A stretch of DNA of 64,000 bases, taken from the human T2T-CHM13v2.0 reference genome, Homo sapiens. Each line of letters starts with the position of its first letter. Position 1 is the first letter of the stretch. Location: assembly GCF_009914755.1 (NCBI RefSeq), contig NC_060940.1; one strand, given 5' to 3'. Below the pieces are notes generated by a model. The model was not told the DNA's origin and did not search any database. It saw nothing but the letters and a program-made list of their open reading frames with translations. Both the position numbers and the translations under genes were made by a program. Below, in pieces: positions 42,255 to 56,459 of this stretch.

Positions 42255-43810
42255 CATCATCACAATGAAAGAAGATTGCAAACCAATAAATCTTGTGCAT
42301 ATAAACACAAAATCTTCAACAAAATGTTAGCAAATTATATCCAGCAACATATAAATCACATTATACGCCATGAGTAAGTGGGCTTTATCCCAGGGACACA
42401 ATGTTGGTTCAACATTTGAAAATCAGTTAACTTAATACATTATATGAATGGAATAAAGCAAAAATCACATAGGCATTCTTTCATGATAAACATTACTCAA
42501 CAAATGAGGAACAGAAAGAAAGGAACTTCATCAATCTGCTAAAGGACATCTATAACAACTCCACAGCTAACATCATACTTAATGGTGAAAGACCAGATAC
42601 TCTCCTCCTAAGATCAAAAGTAAGACAGAAAAATCCACCCTTGCCATTTATATTTAACATTGTACTGGAGGTTATAGCCAAGAAAATCAGGTTAAAAAAA
42701 AATCATCTAAACTGAAAGAAATAAAAATAAACGATCTCTATTCAAAGATGACATGATCTTGTATATAGAAACTCCAAAGGATTTACAAAGCACTATTAGA
42801 ATTAATAAACACATTTAGCAAATGTTCAGGTAACAAAATCAATGCGTAAAAATTAATTATATTTCTATACACTTGAAAATTCAAAAAATGAAGAAAATTC
42901 AACTTATAATTGCATCAAAAAGAATGAAATATTTGGTAAATTATCAAAATAATTCAAAACAAACAAAACTGCAAAATATTGTTTAATCAAAGAAGTTCTG
43001 AATAATTGGGAATACATCTCTTATTCAAGAATTTGAAGACTTAAGTCTTCAATATTCATATTCATAGCTAAACTGGCAATATTCCCCCAAAATGATAAAG
43101 ATTTGTAGAATTATTTGCAGAAATTTACCAGATGATGCTAACATGCCTATGTAATTGTAAGGACTCCAGAATAGCCAAAACAATCCTGGAGAAAGATTAA
43201 TAAAACAGAAGTCCTATTTCCCTATTTCAAAACTTGCTATAAACCAATGGTAATCAAGACAGTCCTAGTTCAAGAGTAGACATATATATCAATGGAATAG
43301 AATTGAGATTCCAGAAATAAACCCACACATCTGTGCTTAATCAATTTTTGATAAGGTGCTAAGAGCATCCAATGGGCAAAAATATCTTTTTAGCAAGTGG
43401 TGTTAAGACAATTGTGTAGCCACATGTAAAATAATGAAGTTGCACCTTTATCTCACACCATGTAGAAAAAATAACTCGAAATAGATATATCTAAATAGTA
43501 GAGCTAAACATATACATCTCTTAGAAGAAAACAGGAAAATCTTCATGACCTTGAATTTGGCAAAGGATTTACTGATATGATATCTAAATCAGGAGGAACA
43601 AAAAAAAATTAACCTTTATTAAAATTAAACACTGTTGTGAATCAAAGGACACCATCAAGAAAATGAAAAGACAACCCACGAAATGGGAGAAAATATTTCC
43701 AAATTATATATCTGATAAGACATGCATTCATAATATTTAAATAACTCTTACTGTGGTAATGGTTGCAATATATCAGCAAATATTCTAAAAGCTATTGAAT
43801 TGTTCACTTT

Positions 43811-44110
43811 ATTTTTTTTCCCAGACAGGTTCTTTCTTTGTCACCCAGGCTGGGAGTGCATTGATGTGATTATAGCTCACTGTAACCTAGAACTCCTCTA
43901 AAACTCCTGGGATCAAGCAATCCTCTTGTCTCAGCCTCCTGAGTAGCTAGGACTACAGGCACGTGCTACCACAGTCGGTAATTTTTTTTTTTAATAGATG
44001 GGGTCTTGCTATGTTACCCAGGCTGTTCTCCAACTCCTGGCCTCAAGTGATCCCCCCTAGCCTTGGCCTTTCAAAGTGCTGGGATTACAGGCATAAGCCA
44101 TTACACTAAG
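43811..44110 (-). mobile_element. AluJ
   Basis: Diverged dimer; TSD tgaattg(tt/ca)cacttt. Confidence 0.9.
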
Positions 44111-44971
44111 TGAATTGCACACTTTAAATGAATCATAATTCATATATGAATTGTATCTCAGCGAAGCTGTTTTTAGAAGTAAAGAAAATAAAGAATAACA
44201 ATTTTATGATAAATGGTTAATGAGGTGAGATAGAGATTGATTAAACTATGGAAAAATAGGATAAATATTAAGAATTCCATTTAAAAGACCATGAGAATTA
44301 TTTCCTAGCGAAGTAGCAAGTATAATTATCCACATCTGTCATTATTTTCAAAATTAACTTTTAAGATAAATTTCAAAATAAATTTATTTATTGCATGTTT
44401 TTGATGCTTCAGTTCCATTTAAGCTTAGGTACTCAAAAACAGTTTTATGTGTCCACAAGGAAATTGCAACAAATCACAAAACCGTATGTAATTTGAATGT
44501 CTGAGAATAGGGGAATAATTGTGCATCAACTCTATGGAAAGCTATAACATAAAATTTATTATTACTATTATCACCATCAAAACAAAGAGACATTCAAATA
44601 TAGCAAATAGCAGAGTACAGAATTGTATACACACTGTGATTTTAACTACGTTAAAGGTTTAAGAAGTGTAAACAGCTACTATTAATTAAGTGGTAATTCT
44701 GTGTTAGAGGATGTACTAGAAGCTTTAAAGATGCTATAAAATTAATCTCTGTAAGACACTAAATGCCATAAATTTTAAGATGCACCATCAAATTAATAAC
44801 AATTCTTGGAGAGAAGGGAGAAAATGAAGGAACATTTTAAATCTGTGTATCAATTACCAAATTATTTTTAATTTTAAACTTATTATTTCCAGTCAAAGAG
44901 CAAAAACATCATTTTCCAAGGTTACTTAGGTCAGCTCTTTATTCCCCAATTCCTTCAATGAGGTGTGCTCA

Positions 44972-45409
44972 TACTATGGGCTAAATTGTGTACCCCCAAA
45001 ATTCTTATGTTGTAGCCTTAACTCCAATTTGAATATATTTGAAGGTGGGGCTCTTAGGAGGTAATCAAAGTTTAATGAAGTCTAAGGATGTGGTCATAGT
45101 ATTGGTGGCCTTATAAGAGGAAAAAGAGACATTCTCTCTCTCTTTCTCTCTGTCTCTCTCTCTCCTCCCCCTCCCCCTACCCCCACTTCTCTCTCTCTCC
45201 ACACTGCTAAGGAAAGGCAATATAAGGACACAGAGAGAAGAAGGTGGCTATCTGTAAGCCAGGAAGAGAGTCCTCATCAGAAACCCAACTGGCTGACACC
45301 TTATTTTTTGATTTCTTAGCTTCCAAATTTACTTATGATAAGTAAATTTCTGTTATTTAAGCCAGGCAGAATGTGGTATTTTTTATGGCAGCCCAAGCCG
45401 ACTAATATA
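44972..45409 (+). mobile_element. MLT1A/B-like MaLR solo LTR
   Basis: 'ctatgggctaaattgtgtacccccaaaattc..aaatttctgttatttaagcca..tggtattttttatggcagccc..gactaata'. Confidence 0.85.
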
Positions 45410-45464
45410 ATTTGTAATATAGTTGTATGTTTTTGGGTGGGGTGGTCTAAGTCTTTATTCAGCT

Positions 45465-45900
45465 TTAGAACCCCAGACATCCTGGTTGTTTGTTAACTTT
45501 GCATAAATTAAAGTTCACTCTTTGTGATTCTATGAATTTTGCCAAGTGCAGAGTCATGTACCCACCACCCCAGCACCACACAGAGCAGTCCCATTACCCA
45601 AAAAAGTTCCCTGTCCATTCCCTTTGTTGCCAACAACTCCTCCACTGGAAACATCTGGCAACTAAATCTGTTTTATGTTTGCCTTTTCCAGAATGTCATG
45701 ATAGTAAACTCATACAATATATTTACTTTTGGGTTTGGTTTTTTTCACTTAATGTATTTTGGGTTTATCCATGTTTGGGTTTATCCATGCAGTTTATTCT
45801 TCTTTATTACTCAGTAGTATTCCATTGTAAGGATACAACAGTTTGGTTAGCGATTCACCCTTTGAAGGACATTTTAGTTGCTTCCAGAGTTGGGGAACTT
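45465..45900 (-). mobile_element. L1MC (L1MC3-like) 3'UTR segment
   Basis: 'aaattaaagttcactctttgtg..ttctatgaattttgccaagtgca..ccttttccagaatgtcat'. Confidence 0.7.
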
Positions 45901-45984
45901 AGGGGACTCATAAATTCCTAAGTTACTTTCCTTCTGTTCCCAAGCAGATAGGCTTTTCTTTGAATGTTGGATTGCATACAAGAT

Positions 45985-46265
45985 TTTGTGTAGGACTTAA
46001 GAAAAAATAAACTATATAAACATTGTACTCTAGTTGGCAGATTTGTTTCTCATGGAAATATCGGTCAACAATTCTGAGCTATGTTACATGTGCACTAGGG
46101 TTGAAAATATAAGTAAATGAATGGTGGGGGTGGAACCTGGTTTCTCACTGAGGAAGAAGAGAAGTTACGAATAAGTCAGGGGAGAAGGTTAGAATGAATG
46201 CTTGTGTTACTCACTGGCTTACAGTTGGAGGCAGTATAAATTCATGTTTAGCATAGATAGAACAG
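45985..46265 (+). mobile_element. L1MC (L1MC3-like) downstream 3'UTR segment
   Basis: 'cattgtactctagttgg..aacaattctga..aagtaaatgaatgg..ggtttctcactg..catgtttagc'. Confidence 0.65.
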
Positions 46266-46940
46266 TTTTAATGTTTCCTTTTTCTACTTTGATTTTAATT
46301 GGCTTTTTAAAAATCTTCTCCAGGTAAAAGCTTTATTGGTTTTACACCCTTCTCTTCAAATACAAACATTTACATTCTTAAAAAATTTCTCAAAGTACTT
46401 CTTTTACCATTTTTTCTCAAATTATAATATGGTGAGTTTCCAGTATTATTCAGGTTGAAATATTTTCAAATTTCTACTTTTATTTCTTTATTAATACATA
46501 GATTACTTAAGTGTATTGCTTAATATTCAAGTATTTGAGGACTTTCTAAATTTTTATACTTTTATATCTGTACTTTACTACTTTTATATCTGTACTTTAA
46601 TACTGTGATGGTCAGAGAATATATTCTGTGGTTTTAATTATTTGAAATATTTGGAACTTGTTTGAAGAATCAGCACGAAGTGTATTTCAGCTTTTGTTAT
46701 TTCCACATGATAAAACTGTGTATTCAGCAGCTGTTGGGTATGATATCTATAAATATCACGTAAGTTTAAAATACTGTTGTTCAAATTTTCTGTATCTTTA
46801 TTGGTGTTTCTCTTACCTCTCCACCAATTACTAAAAGACAAAGATTATTATAATCTCCAACTGTCATGGTTGATTTGTATATTTCTTTCTTTCAATTTTA
46901 GTTCCCTATTTTTAATCAATGGTATTCGTTATTTACACTG

Positions 46941-47805
46941 TGCCAGGTCCTGAATGTTGTGCCTCTCCAAAGTTCATATGTTGAAACTCTAATCCCTAAT
47001 GTGATGGTTTTTGGAGGTGGGGCCTTCAGGAGGTAATTAGGTCATGAGGATATCTTCCTCATGAGATTTGTGCTTTTTATAAGAAGAGAACCAGGGAGAT
47101 GACCTTTCTCTCTGCCATGCAAGGAAAGAGCAAGAAGGCATCCATTTCAAACCAGGCCCTCGCCAGGAACTGAATGGGCCGGCACTTTGATCTTGAACTT
47201 CCTGCCCTCCAGAACTGTGAGAAATCAATTTCTGTTGTTTAGGCCAGTGGTCCCCAACATTTTTGCTTTCATGGAAGACAATTTTTTCCACAGACCAGAG
47301 TTGGGGGATGGTTTTTGGATGACTCCAGTGCATTACATTTATTGTGCACTTCATTTCTGTTATTACTACATTGTAATATATAATGAAATAATCATACGAC
47401 TCATCATAATGTAGAATCAGTGGGAGCCCTGAGCTTATTTTCCTGCAACTAGACAGTCCCATCTTGGGGTGATGGGAGACAGATCATCAGGCATTAGATT
47501 CTCATAAGGAGCACACAACCTAGATCCTTGCATGTGCAGTTCAAAATAGGGTTCATGTTCCTATGAGAATCTAATGCCGCTGCTGATCTGATAGAAGACA
47601 GAGCTCAGGTGGTAATGTGAGCCATCCGGAGTGGCTGTAAATACAGATGAAGCTTTGCTGGCTCACCTACCATTCACCTCCTGCTGTGGAGCCTGGTTTT
47701 TAACAGGCCACAGACTGGGACTGGTCTATGGCCCAAAGGTTGAGGACCCCTGGTTTAGGCCACCTGCCCTATGGTACTCTTGTTATAAGAGCCGTAACTA
47801 AGATG
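46941..47805 (+). mobile_element. MLT1A/MSTD-like MaLR solo LTR (contains MER1A)
   Basis: 'ttcatatgttgaaactctaatccctaatgtgatgg..ccagaactgtgagaaat'; TSD cactg/cacag. Confidence 0.85.
47245..47752 (+). mobile_element. MER1A (hAT-Charlie)
   Basis: CAGTGGTCCCCAAC...GTTGAGGACCCCTG TIRs, 508 bp, perfect 8-bp TSD gtttaggc. Confidence 0.92.
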
Positions 47806-47814
47806 CACAGTTAA

Positions 47815-48243
<429 letters not shown>

Positions 48244-49509
48244 TGATTAGCTTATTGAATGTCATATTATTTTCCATTTGATCTCTTTGTGTCTTCATAT
48301 TTAAACTGTAGATCTTGTACACAGCATATAGTAGAGCTTTACTTTTTATACTGACTGTAATTTCTGCCTTCTAATTTTTGCGGCGAGTCCGTTAACTTTT
48401 AATGTAATTATTGATATGTTTATGCATAATTCTTCCACTTTGTAATTTGTTTTTATATGCCTTATTTTTGCTTCATTTTTCTGTCCCTCTTTCCTTCATT
48501 TGGGTGAATCAGTTAAAGATATGCATATATACCCTTTGTATTTTAGATCTGCTGTGACATTTTGGCTAAAACTATTCTGTTTTAGTGGCTGTACTAGAGA
48601 TTACAATACGCATCTTTGACATATCACACTATCATCAGATAATATTTTGCTACTTCATAAATAATGTTGGGATATTACAAATTATAGCTAATTTCTCTTT
48701 CCTCTCAATTTTGCGCTTTTTGGCATGCATTTTATTTCTACGTATGTTATAAATCTCATAAGATATAGGTATCGCTTTTTCTGTTAAACAGATAAAAGTC
48801 ATTTAATGAAGTTTAAAAATACAAAAAAATTCTTGTTTTTTAAACTACTTATTTCTCTTTTCTGATGCTCTTCATTTCTTTCTGCAGACTGGGACTTACT
48901 TCTGATATTATATCCCTTAAGAATAAAAAAGCTCTCTAATTATTTTTTGTAATTAATACAAATTCTCTTCTGGTGATTCTGAATATGTTATTTTCACCTT
49001 CAGCTCTGAAGTGTATTTTTATTGCCTGTGGAATTGCAGGTTGTGAGGTCGTTTTTATTTACTTTCATTACTTTAAAAATGTCCTTCCATTATCTTCTGT
49101 CCTACATTTTGTCTTTGATGAGAAGTCAGCTGCCATTCTTATCATTGTTTCCCTGATTAAAATAACTCATTTTTTACCCTCTGGCTGACTTAAAACATTC
49201 TCTCTTTATCTTTGGCTTTCAGCATTTTACAGATGGTATGACAAGATTTCTTTATCTTTGTGTTTATCCTGAATGATATTTGATGAGGTTTTTTTTGTAC
49301 ATTGATACTTAAAAATCATTCAAGTTTTAGAAACTTTATTATGTTTTTGGATATTTCTTCTGCTCTCTTCTTTGTTTCCACTAATTTGGGAGCTTTACTT
49401 TCACATTTGCTATATAGTTTAACATTGTGCTGCAGATCTTGAAGAGTTTTATATTGTTGTTTCAATTTGGATTTTTTTAAGTTGACCTCTTGAAGTTCAC
49501 TGATTGCTT

Positions 49510-50392
49510 TGACAGACTCGAAGGTGGTCCTCAGGAGCTCCTCTTTCTGGTATCCACACCTTTGTGTAAACCTCTTTCCTTGAGCCTTTGAGTATGGTTA
49601 GGAACTGTGACATGGTTTGGATGTTTGTCTCCTCTGAATCTCATGCTGAAATGTGATCCCCAGTGTTGAAGGTGGGGCCTAGTGGGAGGTGTTTGGGTTA
49701 TGGGGGCAGATCCCGCATGAATGGCTTGGTGCCCTCCCCAAGATAATGAGATCAGAGGAGAGCTGGCTGTTGAAAGGAGCCTGGCACCTCCTCCTCTCTC
49801 TGGTTCCCTCACTCATGTGATACGCTGCTCCCCATTCACCTTCTGCCATGATTGTAAGCTTTCTGAGGCCTCACCAGGAGCAGATGCTGGAATCATGCTT
49901 GTATGGCCTGCAGAACAATGAGACAAATAAACCTCTTTTCTTTATAAATTACCCAGCCTCAGGTATTCCTTTATGGCAACGCAAAACTGACTAATACAAC
50001 GTGTGACTGGCTTCTGACCAACAGAAATGTGATCACATAATATTCTGTTATCCACTGTGCTAGAGTTCCTGTCTCTCTTCCTCCATCTGTGTCCTTCTCT
50101 CTCTTTCTTCCCCTCCCTCCATTCATTGTTGATTGTGGGCTTTGAAGAAGCAAGCTGCCATGAGTCCTATAACTGCAAGAAAATGAATTATGCCAGTAAC
50201 CTGAGGAAGCTTGGAAGCAGATCTTTTTCTTAGTCAAGCTTCTGACAGCAGCATTGTGAGCCCTTAAGCAGAGGATTCATCTAAGCCATTTCTCAGATTA
50301 CTGACTCATGGAAACTGTGAGATAATAGATGTGTGTTATTTTAAGCAGCTAAATTTGTAATAAGTGTTACATGGCAATAGAAAACGAATACA
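49510..50392 (+). mobile_element. MLT1E/F-like MaLR LTR (contains MST)
   Basis: 'ctttgaagaagcaagctgccatg..gaaactgtgagataata..gcaatagaaaacgaataca'. Confidence 0.75.
49608..49998 (+). mobile_element. MSTA/MSTB solo LTR
   Basis: 'tggtttggatgtttgtctcc..aataaacctcttttctttataaattacccagcctcaggtattcctttatggcaacgcaaaactgactaataca'. Confidence 0.9.
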
Positions 50393-51100
50393 ATGCCTCT
50401 TTTCTCTGTTGTGTCCGATATGATGCTAAATCTCTCAAATGAGTTTTTCCTTTCTGATACCTCTGTGAAAGAAAATAGAATCTTGGGACCCTAAGCTATT
50501 ATGACAGAAAGAAAGTTTAAGCTTGAGAACAGAGTCTCACAATACTGCTTTCCTTTTGTTCCCAAACAGCTGTAATTTTACAACTCTGTGTCATAGCTTT
50601 ATCCATAAGCCAGGTTTCCACAATGATGGAAAGCCACATGTCTCCCCAAATGCTCTCCCTCACAAACTTCTCACCAGAAAGTACCCTGTGAGCCTCTGCA
50701 ACTTTCAGGATACACGTCCCCCCCAGGAACCAGCCCTAAAATCACGTTCTGTTGAATCTCACACTGACAATGTCAATTACCAGTTTATTTTCATAGGTGT
50801 AAGACAAGGATAAGACTAGAAACCATTCTTCCACCTACCCTGAGACAAATTCATGATTTGCTTTTTCCTCTACTCCCTCTTTTAGCATGCTTTATCTTAT
50901 GTAAAATGTAGAATTACAGAGAGTGAGACGATGGATAACTGACTTTTTTCCTACTTTCTCTTTTCACAAGTAAAATGTCAATTTACTTAGGCTAATGAGT
51001 CTCATACAAATGTAACCATCTGCCTCGATGCCTACTCTCCCTCTTTTTCTTATCCTCTTGCTCTCCTGCTTGTTCTTTCCCTTTTAAATACTGAAGATCT

Positions 51101-51168
51101 CTCGAGACCAGCCTGAGCAAAATAGTGAGATCTTGCCTCAAAAACAAACAAACAAACAAACAAAAAAA
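51101..51168 (+). mobile_element. Short 5'-truncated Alu monomer (FLAM-like)
   Basis: 'tcgagaccagcctgagcaaaatagtgagatcttgcctc' plus (AAAC)n tail. Confidence 0.8.
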
Positions 51169-51181
51169 CTGAAAACCCACA

Positions 51182-51516
<335 letters not shown>

Positions 51517-54504
51517 TCACGGATGTTCTTGTGATGCTCTTTTTTCCAGGAGCATCCTCAACCTTCGCTAAATAAATTGCTCATTTGAGACTTGCCTTAT
51601 ACACTTTTTGGTTAACATATTTTAATTTATAACATTCTATTTTGTGCCCCTATCTGAAATTTTCTTATCTGTTCATACATGTGGTCTACCATCTCCTGGA
51701 TCATTTAATGTATTTTTCATTTTTATTTTGAAATCCCACTGTGATAATTCTCTTATCTGGCTATTTCTATGTCTACTTTTATTTACTGTGTAAACTCTCT
51801 TGACTTTGAGTCAAATTCTGCTGACTGTTTTCTGTCAGACATTCTTTTTTATTATATGTCAGAGAGAATGTGTTAAGAAAACAGTAAAGACTGAAGTATT
51901 TATGATTTAACCCCAGTGAGGGGTAGGAGCCAACACAGTTCTATTTTCTTTCAGGCTACTATTATGTAGGCTGACTCAATCTAATCTATATTAGAGATGC
52001 ATGTAGAGTTTTTGGCAGCTTTAGTTACATTCAGTTTACTACTGGCTAAAATATTTTGAAGACAGTGCTTTTCCTTAGCTGGGCATGGGATCTGAGCACT
52101 GGCACAACTCTGGGTATGTCTTTAAGTGTTACCTCACAACTACTGGGTTTCCGAAACAGGAAATCTCTTTCCACTTTACAGACCAGATGTCATATTTTTG
52201 TAATGTTGGTGAATTCTTCCTTTTCTCCATTCTTCGCTTTCACTTTCTATATCCATGGATCTCTTTCTGATCTATTATCCAGACTTTAAGGGACTTTTTA
52301 AGGGACAAAGCATTGGTATCTTTCAGAAGGATTTCTCTGGGCTCTCCTTCTTTTCTCCCAACATCCAGGTGCCTATCACCTTCCCCCTTTGTGAAGGTTC
52401 CTTATGCCTCAGGTGGGAATCTTTCTCAGTTTCTTTCCCTCCACCATACTTTGCATACTACCCTCTTGGATTCAGTGAAGAAACATGGGAAAGAATCAGT
52501 GGATGTTTACAGGCTTGCTCCTCAGCTGAGTTTCCTAGGGATGCATGTCAGCTCACATGCTGCCATTAAGGTTTGATCAAAGCTTGGTGTTCTTCTCCCA
52601 ATCACTTTCTGTAGCACATTTCTCCACCTGTTACCACTCTACCAGACATGAAAGCAGCTATGGATCTCTTCTTTTCCAAGAAGTGTTCATCACGTATGTT
52701 TAGGTCTCCAAGCTGTGATTTCCTTTAACCATGGTTTTGTAGCATAACAGACTTGCCCCTGTGATTAGGCTGGAAGCAATGGGCACTTATGACTGTTCCC
52801 ATCGTAATAAGAAGTATCAGTGCATTTCAGGAATTTGAATCTCTATACATCTGTTGCCCAAAATTTTTTTTTTGCAGTAACCTAAATTTCCCTCCATATT
52901 CCCTAAACTCTCACCACAAAAAGAATCAAAAGGTTGTGGGAGTGTAGCTTGCATTACACGTCGCATTTGAAAAATTATTTGACTATTTTTTCATCAAATT
53001 AACTGGACATTAACTTAGATGTCTCAATAAGTAGCAGGGAGCATTTTTGGAAATGCTCTCTAATTTTGTTCTTCAGCAAACAGAAATTCAGTATATAAAA
53101 AGAGAAAAAGAAAAAAAAACAAGAAAAGAAAGAAAGAAAAAAAAAACAGCTTAAGACCATGATAAACCAAAGTGAAGGAAACTGATAGCATTTTAGGAAC
53201 CAGCAACATTTAATGAGAGTGAAGCAAACAGCAGGGTATTAGACAAATGAAAGCAGACGAGAAAATCTAATAAAACAGCTTGATCTAGGGATAAAATATA
53301 GGGCCATGATCAAAGAAAACAATCTTATAAAGAAAACAGTACCTGATTTTCTACAGACACTTAGCAGAGAATGATTCAAAAATTTAGTCAAGTTGTAGTA
53401 CTAGATCTCTATTTTATGAATATGTATCTTATGAGAAGTATTCCTTTTTATTTTCTACAAATTGAAAATGGAGTGGTCAATAAATAAGCATGTTTTTACT
53501 TACATAAAGGCCCCAAAAAAGAAAAAATATTGTTGGTTTGCTTTTATTTACACTTATAAATAATATAGATAAAAGCTACATTTTATGATAGGCAAAAGAA
53601 AATTTAAAGTAGTAATTGTGAAGCAGAAGCTATATAATTGGATTAAGTAGTCTTAATGATTTCAAAACTCTTAAATTACCCCTCAAATTACCCAATTTGA
53701 GGAATGTACTGAAAATCAGTATTTCTCCTAAGAGTGTTTTACAGATCTAGCTAATGGACCTTATTGAAAAAGTCTGATGTCTGTTATGGCAATTTGGGGA
53801 GAAGGGTAGAGTTTTAGGATTCATTATATACATTTTTATAGATGCCAATTTCTACACCCAGATTAACTTTGGTAACCACTAGCCCCATTTCTATTCTATT
53901 TCTTCTAAAGTAATTTATGTGGACTTAGCATTGATAATGATTTTTTTAGGGAGCTAAAAACATGAGTATATAATCTCATTTATCCTTTAAAACTACTCAT
54001 TAAGTAGTAAAGTGATGTCTTCTAAAATGGGAAAGATGGCTGAGAATGCTTCTTCATATAATGGTGTTTCCTGCATTTTGCTGATTCATAGTAGATCTTC
54101 ATACTTAATCTTAGCGCTTCTTCATTGTACAAAAACAACAGTTAAAGTGCAAATAAAATTTAGGAATTAGTTGACAGCCTTAATTATGCATGCTTGATTT
54201 CTTTGTTTGGCTCTCAGAATTTAATCCTTCATTGTCACGGTTGCATGCTTATCACATCTTATTTGTTTATACCTGTATCCCTAGCACTAAATACATAGCT
54301 TGCACCCAGTATACACTCAAGAAATAATTTTGTAATACAAAAATGAAGGTTTCTTCTATTGGAAAATAATGTTCATTACATTATATAGTTGTTTGCTTTC
54401 TCTCTCTTTTTCTATTTATACAGGAAAAAGTATATATGCATATATATAGTAAACACATATATTTCAGATTTAATATATAACTAATAAGTATATTGTTATA
54501 TAAT

Positions 54505-54760
54505 AATTAATTACTGTTTTTATTATTTGCCAAACACTATTCTTTGCTCTTTAGCGATGTTAATCCATTAACTTTAATAACAGTTCCTTGGTTTAGGTAC
54601 TGTTACTGTGCCCAGTTATTTTCTGTTAAGTGATCTGAGAGAGAGGAGCTAAATAAAGTGCCCCAGGTCACACAGCTGCTAATGATATCATTGGGATTCA
54701 GAGACAGATTATTTTATGCAAGTCTAGCTTATAAAGCATCAAACTCTACTGCCTCTCCAA
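54505..54760 (-). mobile_element. MIR
   Basis: 'tgccaaacactattct..ttaatccatt..aggtactgtt..gccccaggtcacacagctg..tgggattcaga'. Confidence 0.7.
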
Positions 54761-55324
54761 CTATTCAAACACAACTGAGATGCTTGTATGTGAAGACACA
54801 ATACTACCCTTGATACTAAATTATTAGGAAATTTCCGTATTCATTTTTTAGCACACATGTACTACTATATTCAGAAATAAGCATGAGGTATACACATAAA
54901 TTGTAAGGATATAGAACATGAGATAGAAATGTAAAAGAGGGTGATGGGGGAACTTGAGGAATTAATATCAATTTCTTAAGAAAATGCTGGAATTACACTG
55001 TGATGAACTAGGTTCCCACACTATTTGGTGGGAGTGAATGAGAGGCTTTGGATGTGAATGTAGGTGTGCCTTGTTCACCTTGCTCAGGTTCCAGCAGGTG
55101 CTCAATAAATGTGTGCATGAGTAGAGAAAGCAAGCAGGAAAATGGAGGGGGAAAGAAGGATGGAGAAAGGAGGTAGGGTGGTCTAAGAAATGGGAATGTG
55201 CTTTTCCAAACTAGAGTTAAGACCCCAGCAGGCAGGGGCTGGGATCTATAATTCTTTTCAAGCCCACCATGTTCGATATAATGGAATGCAAGGACATCCT
55301 TTTTTAGAAAGAATATTTAATCTG

Positions 55325-55500
55325 ATTATTCTTTTACAATTGTCTGAATAATCTGCCCTAAGACAGCTAATGTAGCATTATTACTCTATCATTTAGATAA
55401 GAAAAGCACAACTTGGGATAGTTAAATGAATTAACAGAGGCCACATAGCTCAGCGTGGGAGGCGGGACTTTGTACTTGGTCTTTTAGTTCCAAAACATTA
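55325..55500 (-). mobile_element. MIR
   Basis: 'agataagaaaagcac..gttaaatgaattaacagaggccacatagc..ggcgggactttg'. Confidence 0.6.
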
Positions 55501-56224
55501 TGTTTACCCCGGTATATATTAAGCTTCACCCTACTCTAAGACTTAATAATAAATAATTAAATATTCATTCCTAAATCTCTCACCTTTTGACAAACTTGGG
55601 TCTAATTTTTGAAAAAGTTTTCTTTTCAATAAAACCTAAAATTTCTAACCTTTCCTATACCCACTGAAATATGAGTTTCATGAACCAATACAGTTAATCT
55701 CTCTATGAAAATCCCTTATGTTGTGTTGTCAGAATTTCTTCCCACTTACAGTATCAGTTCAAACAGCTTTTTAGAGATAACTAATTCTTAGGGAAGCCTG
55801 AGTCCTTTATGGCTAATCCTTCACGTGGCAGCACCATTCCCTTTATTTTTAGCCTCATTTAGTTCAAGTGACAGTCTCACTCTGACATCTACAGTGGCTT
55901 CCAGCTGTGTCTGGTCTCCCAAAGGGACTCTGAAGGGAAATCAGAAATGAGCACTGCAGAGTTTGAATGAGTTTTCTCTGAGTCTTACTAAATATGAAGC
56001 TTGCATGTTACATTTCTGGGGATATCCTGATTTCAATCTAGTGATAAGTATTGGCATTTGGAGGTAGTAACCCAACCACTGTAAGTCCTTTTTTATTTTT
56101 GGTAGAGCTGCACAATCTCAAATATTTATGCAATAATTATTTCATATACAATTTCTGTTTTCAGGGAAAGATAGCTTGAACTGGAAACTGAACGTTTGCC
56201 ATGTTATCCACTCTTTCAGTATAC

Positions 56225-56400
56225 ATGCATGCATGCATTTATTCAATTACTAATTCACATATATCACTAATTCAACAAACATACTTTTAGTTTCTACATT
56301 ACATTAGATGCTAGATTCTGGGAATACATAATGCAAAAAGTAGCCTCTGATTGCCAAGTCTCATGGTCTTGTAGAGATAACTTTGTGGAGCAAATCATTA
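56225..56400 (-). mobile_element. L2 3' end
   Basis: 'ttcaacaaacatacttttagtttctac..tgctagattctgggaatac'. Confidence 0.6.
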
Positions 56401-56459
56401 AAGTGCTTTATTGTTGACAAAGTCACTCCATCTCCAACTTTTAAATTTTTATCAACTAA

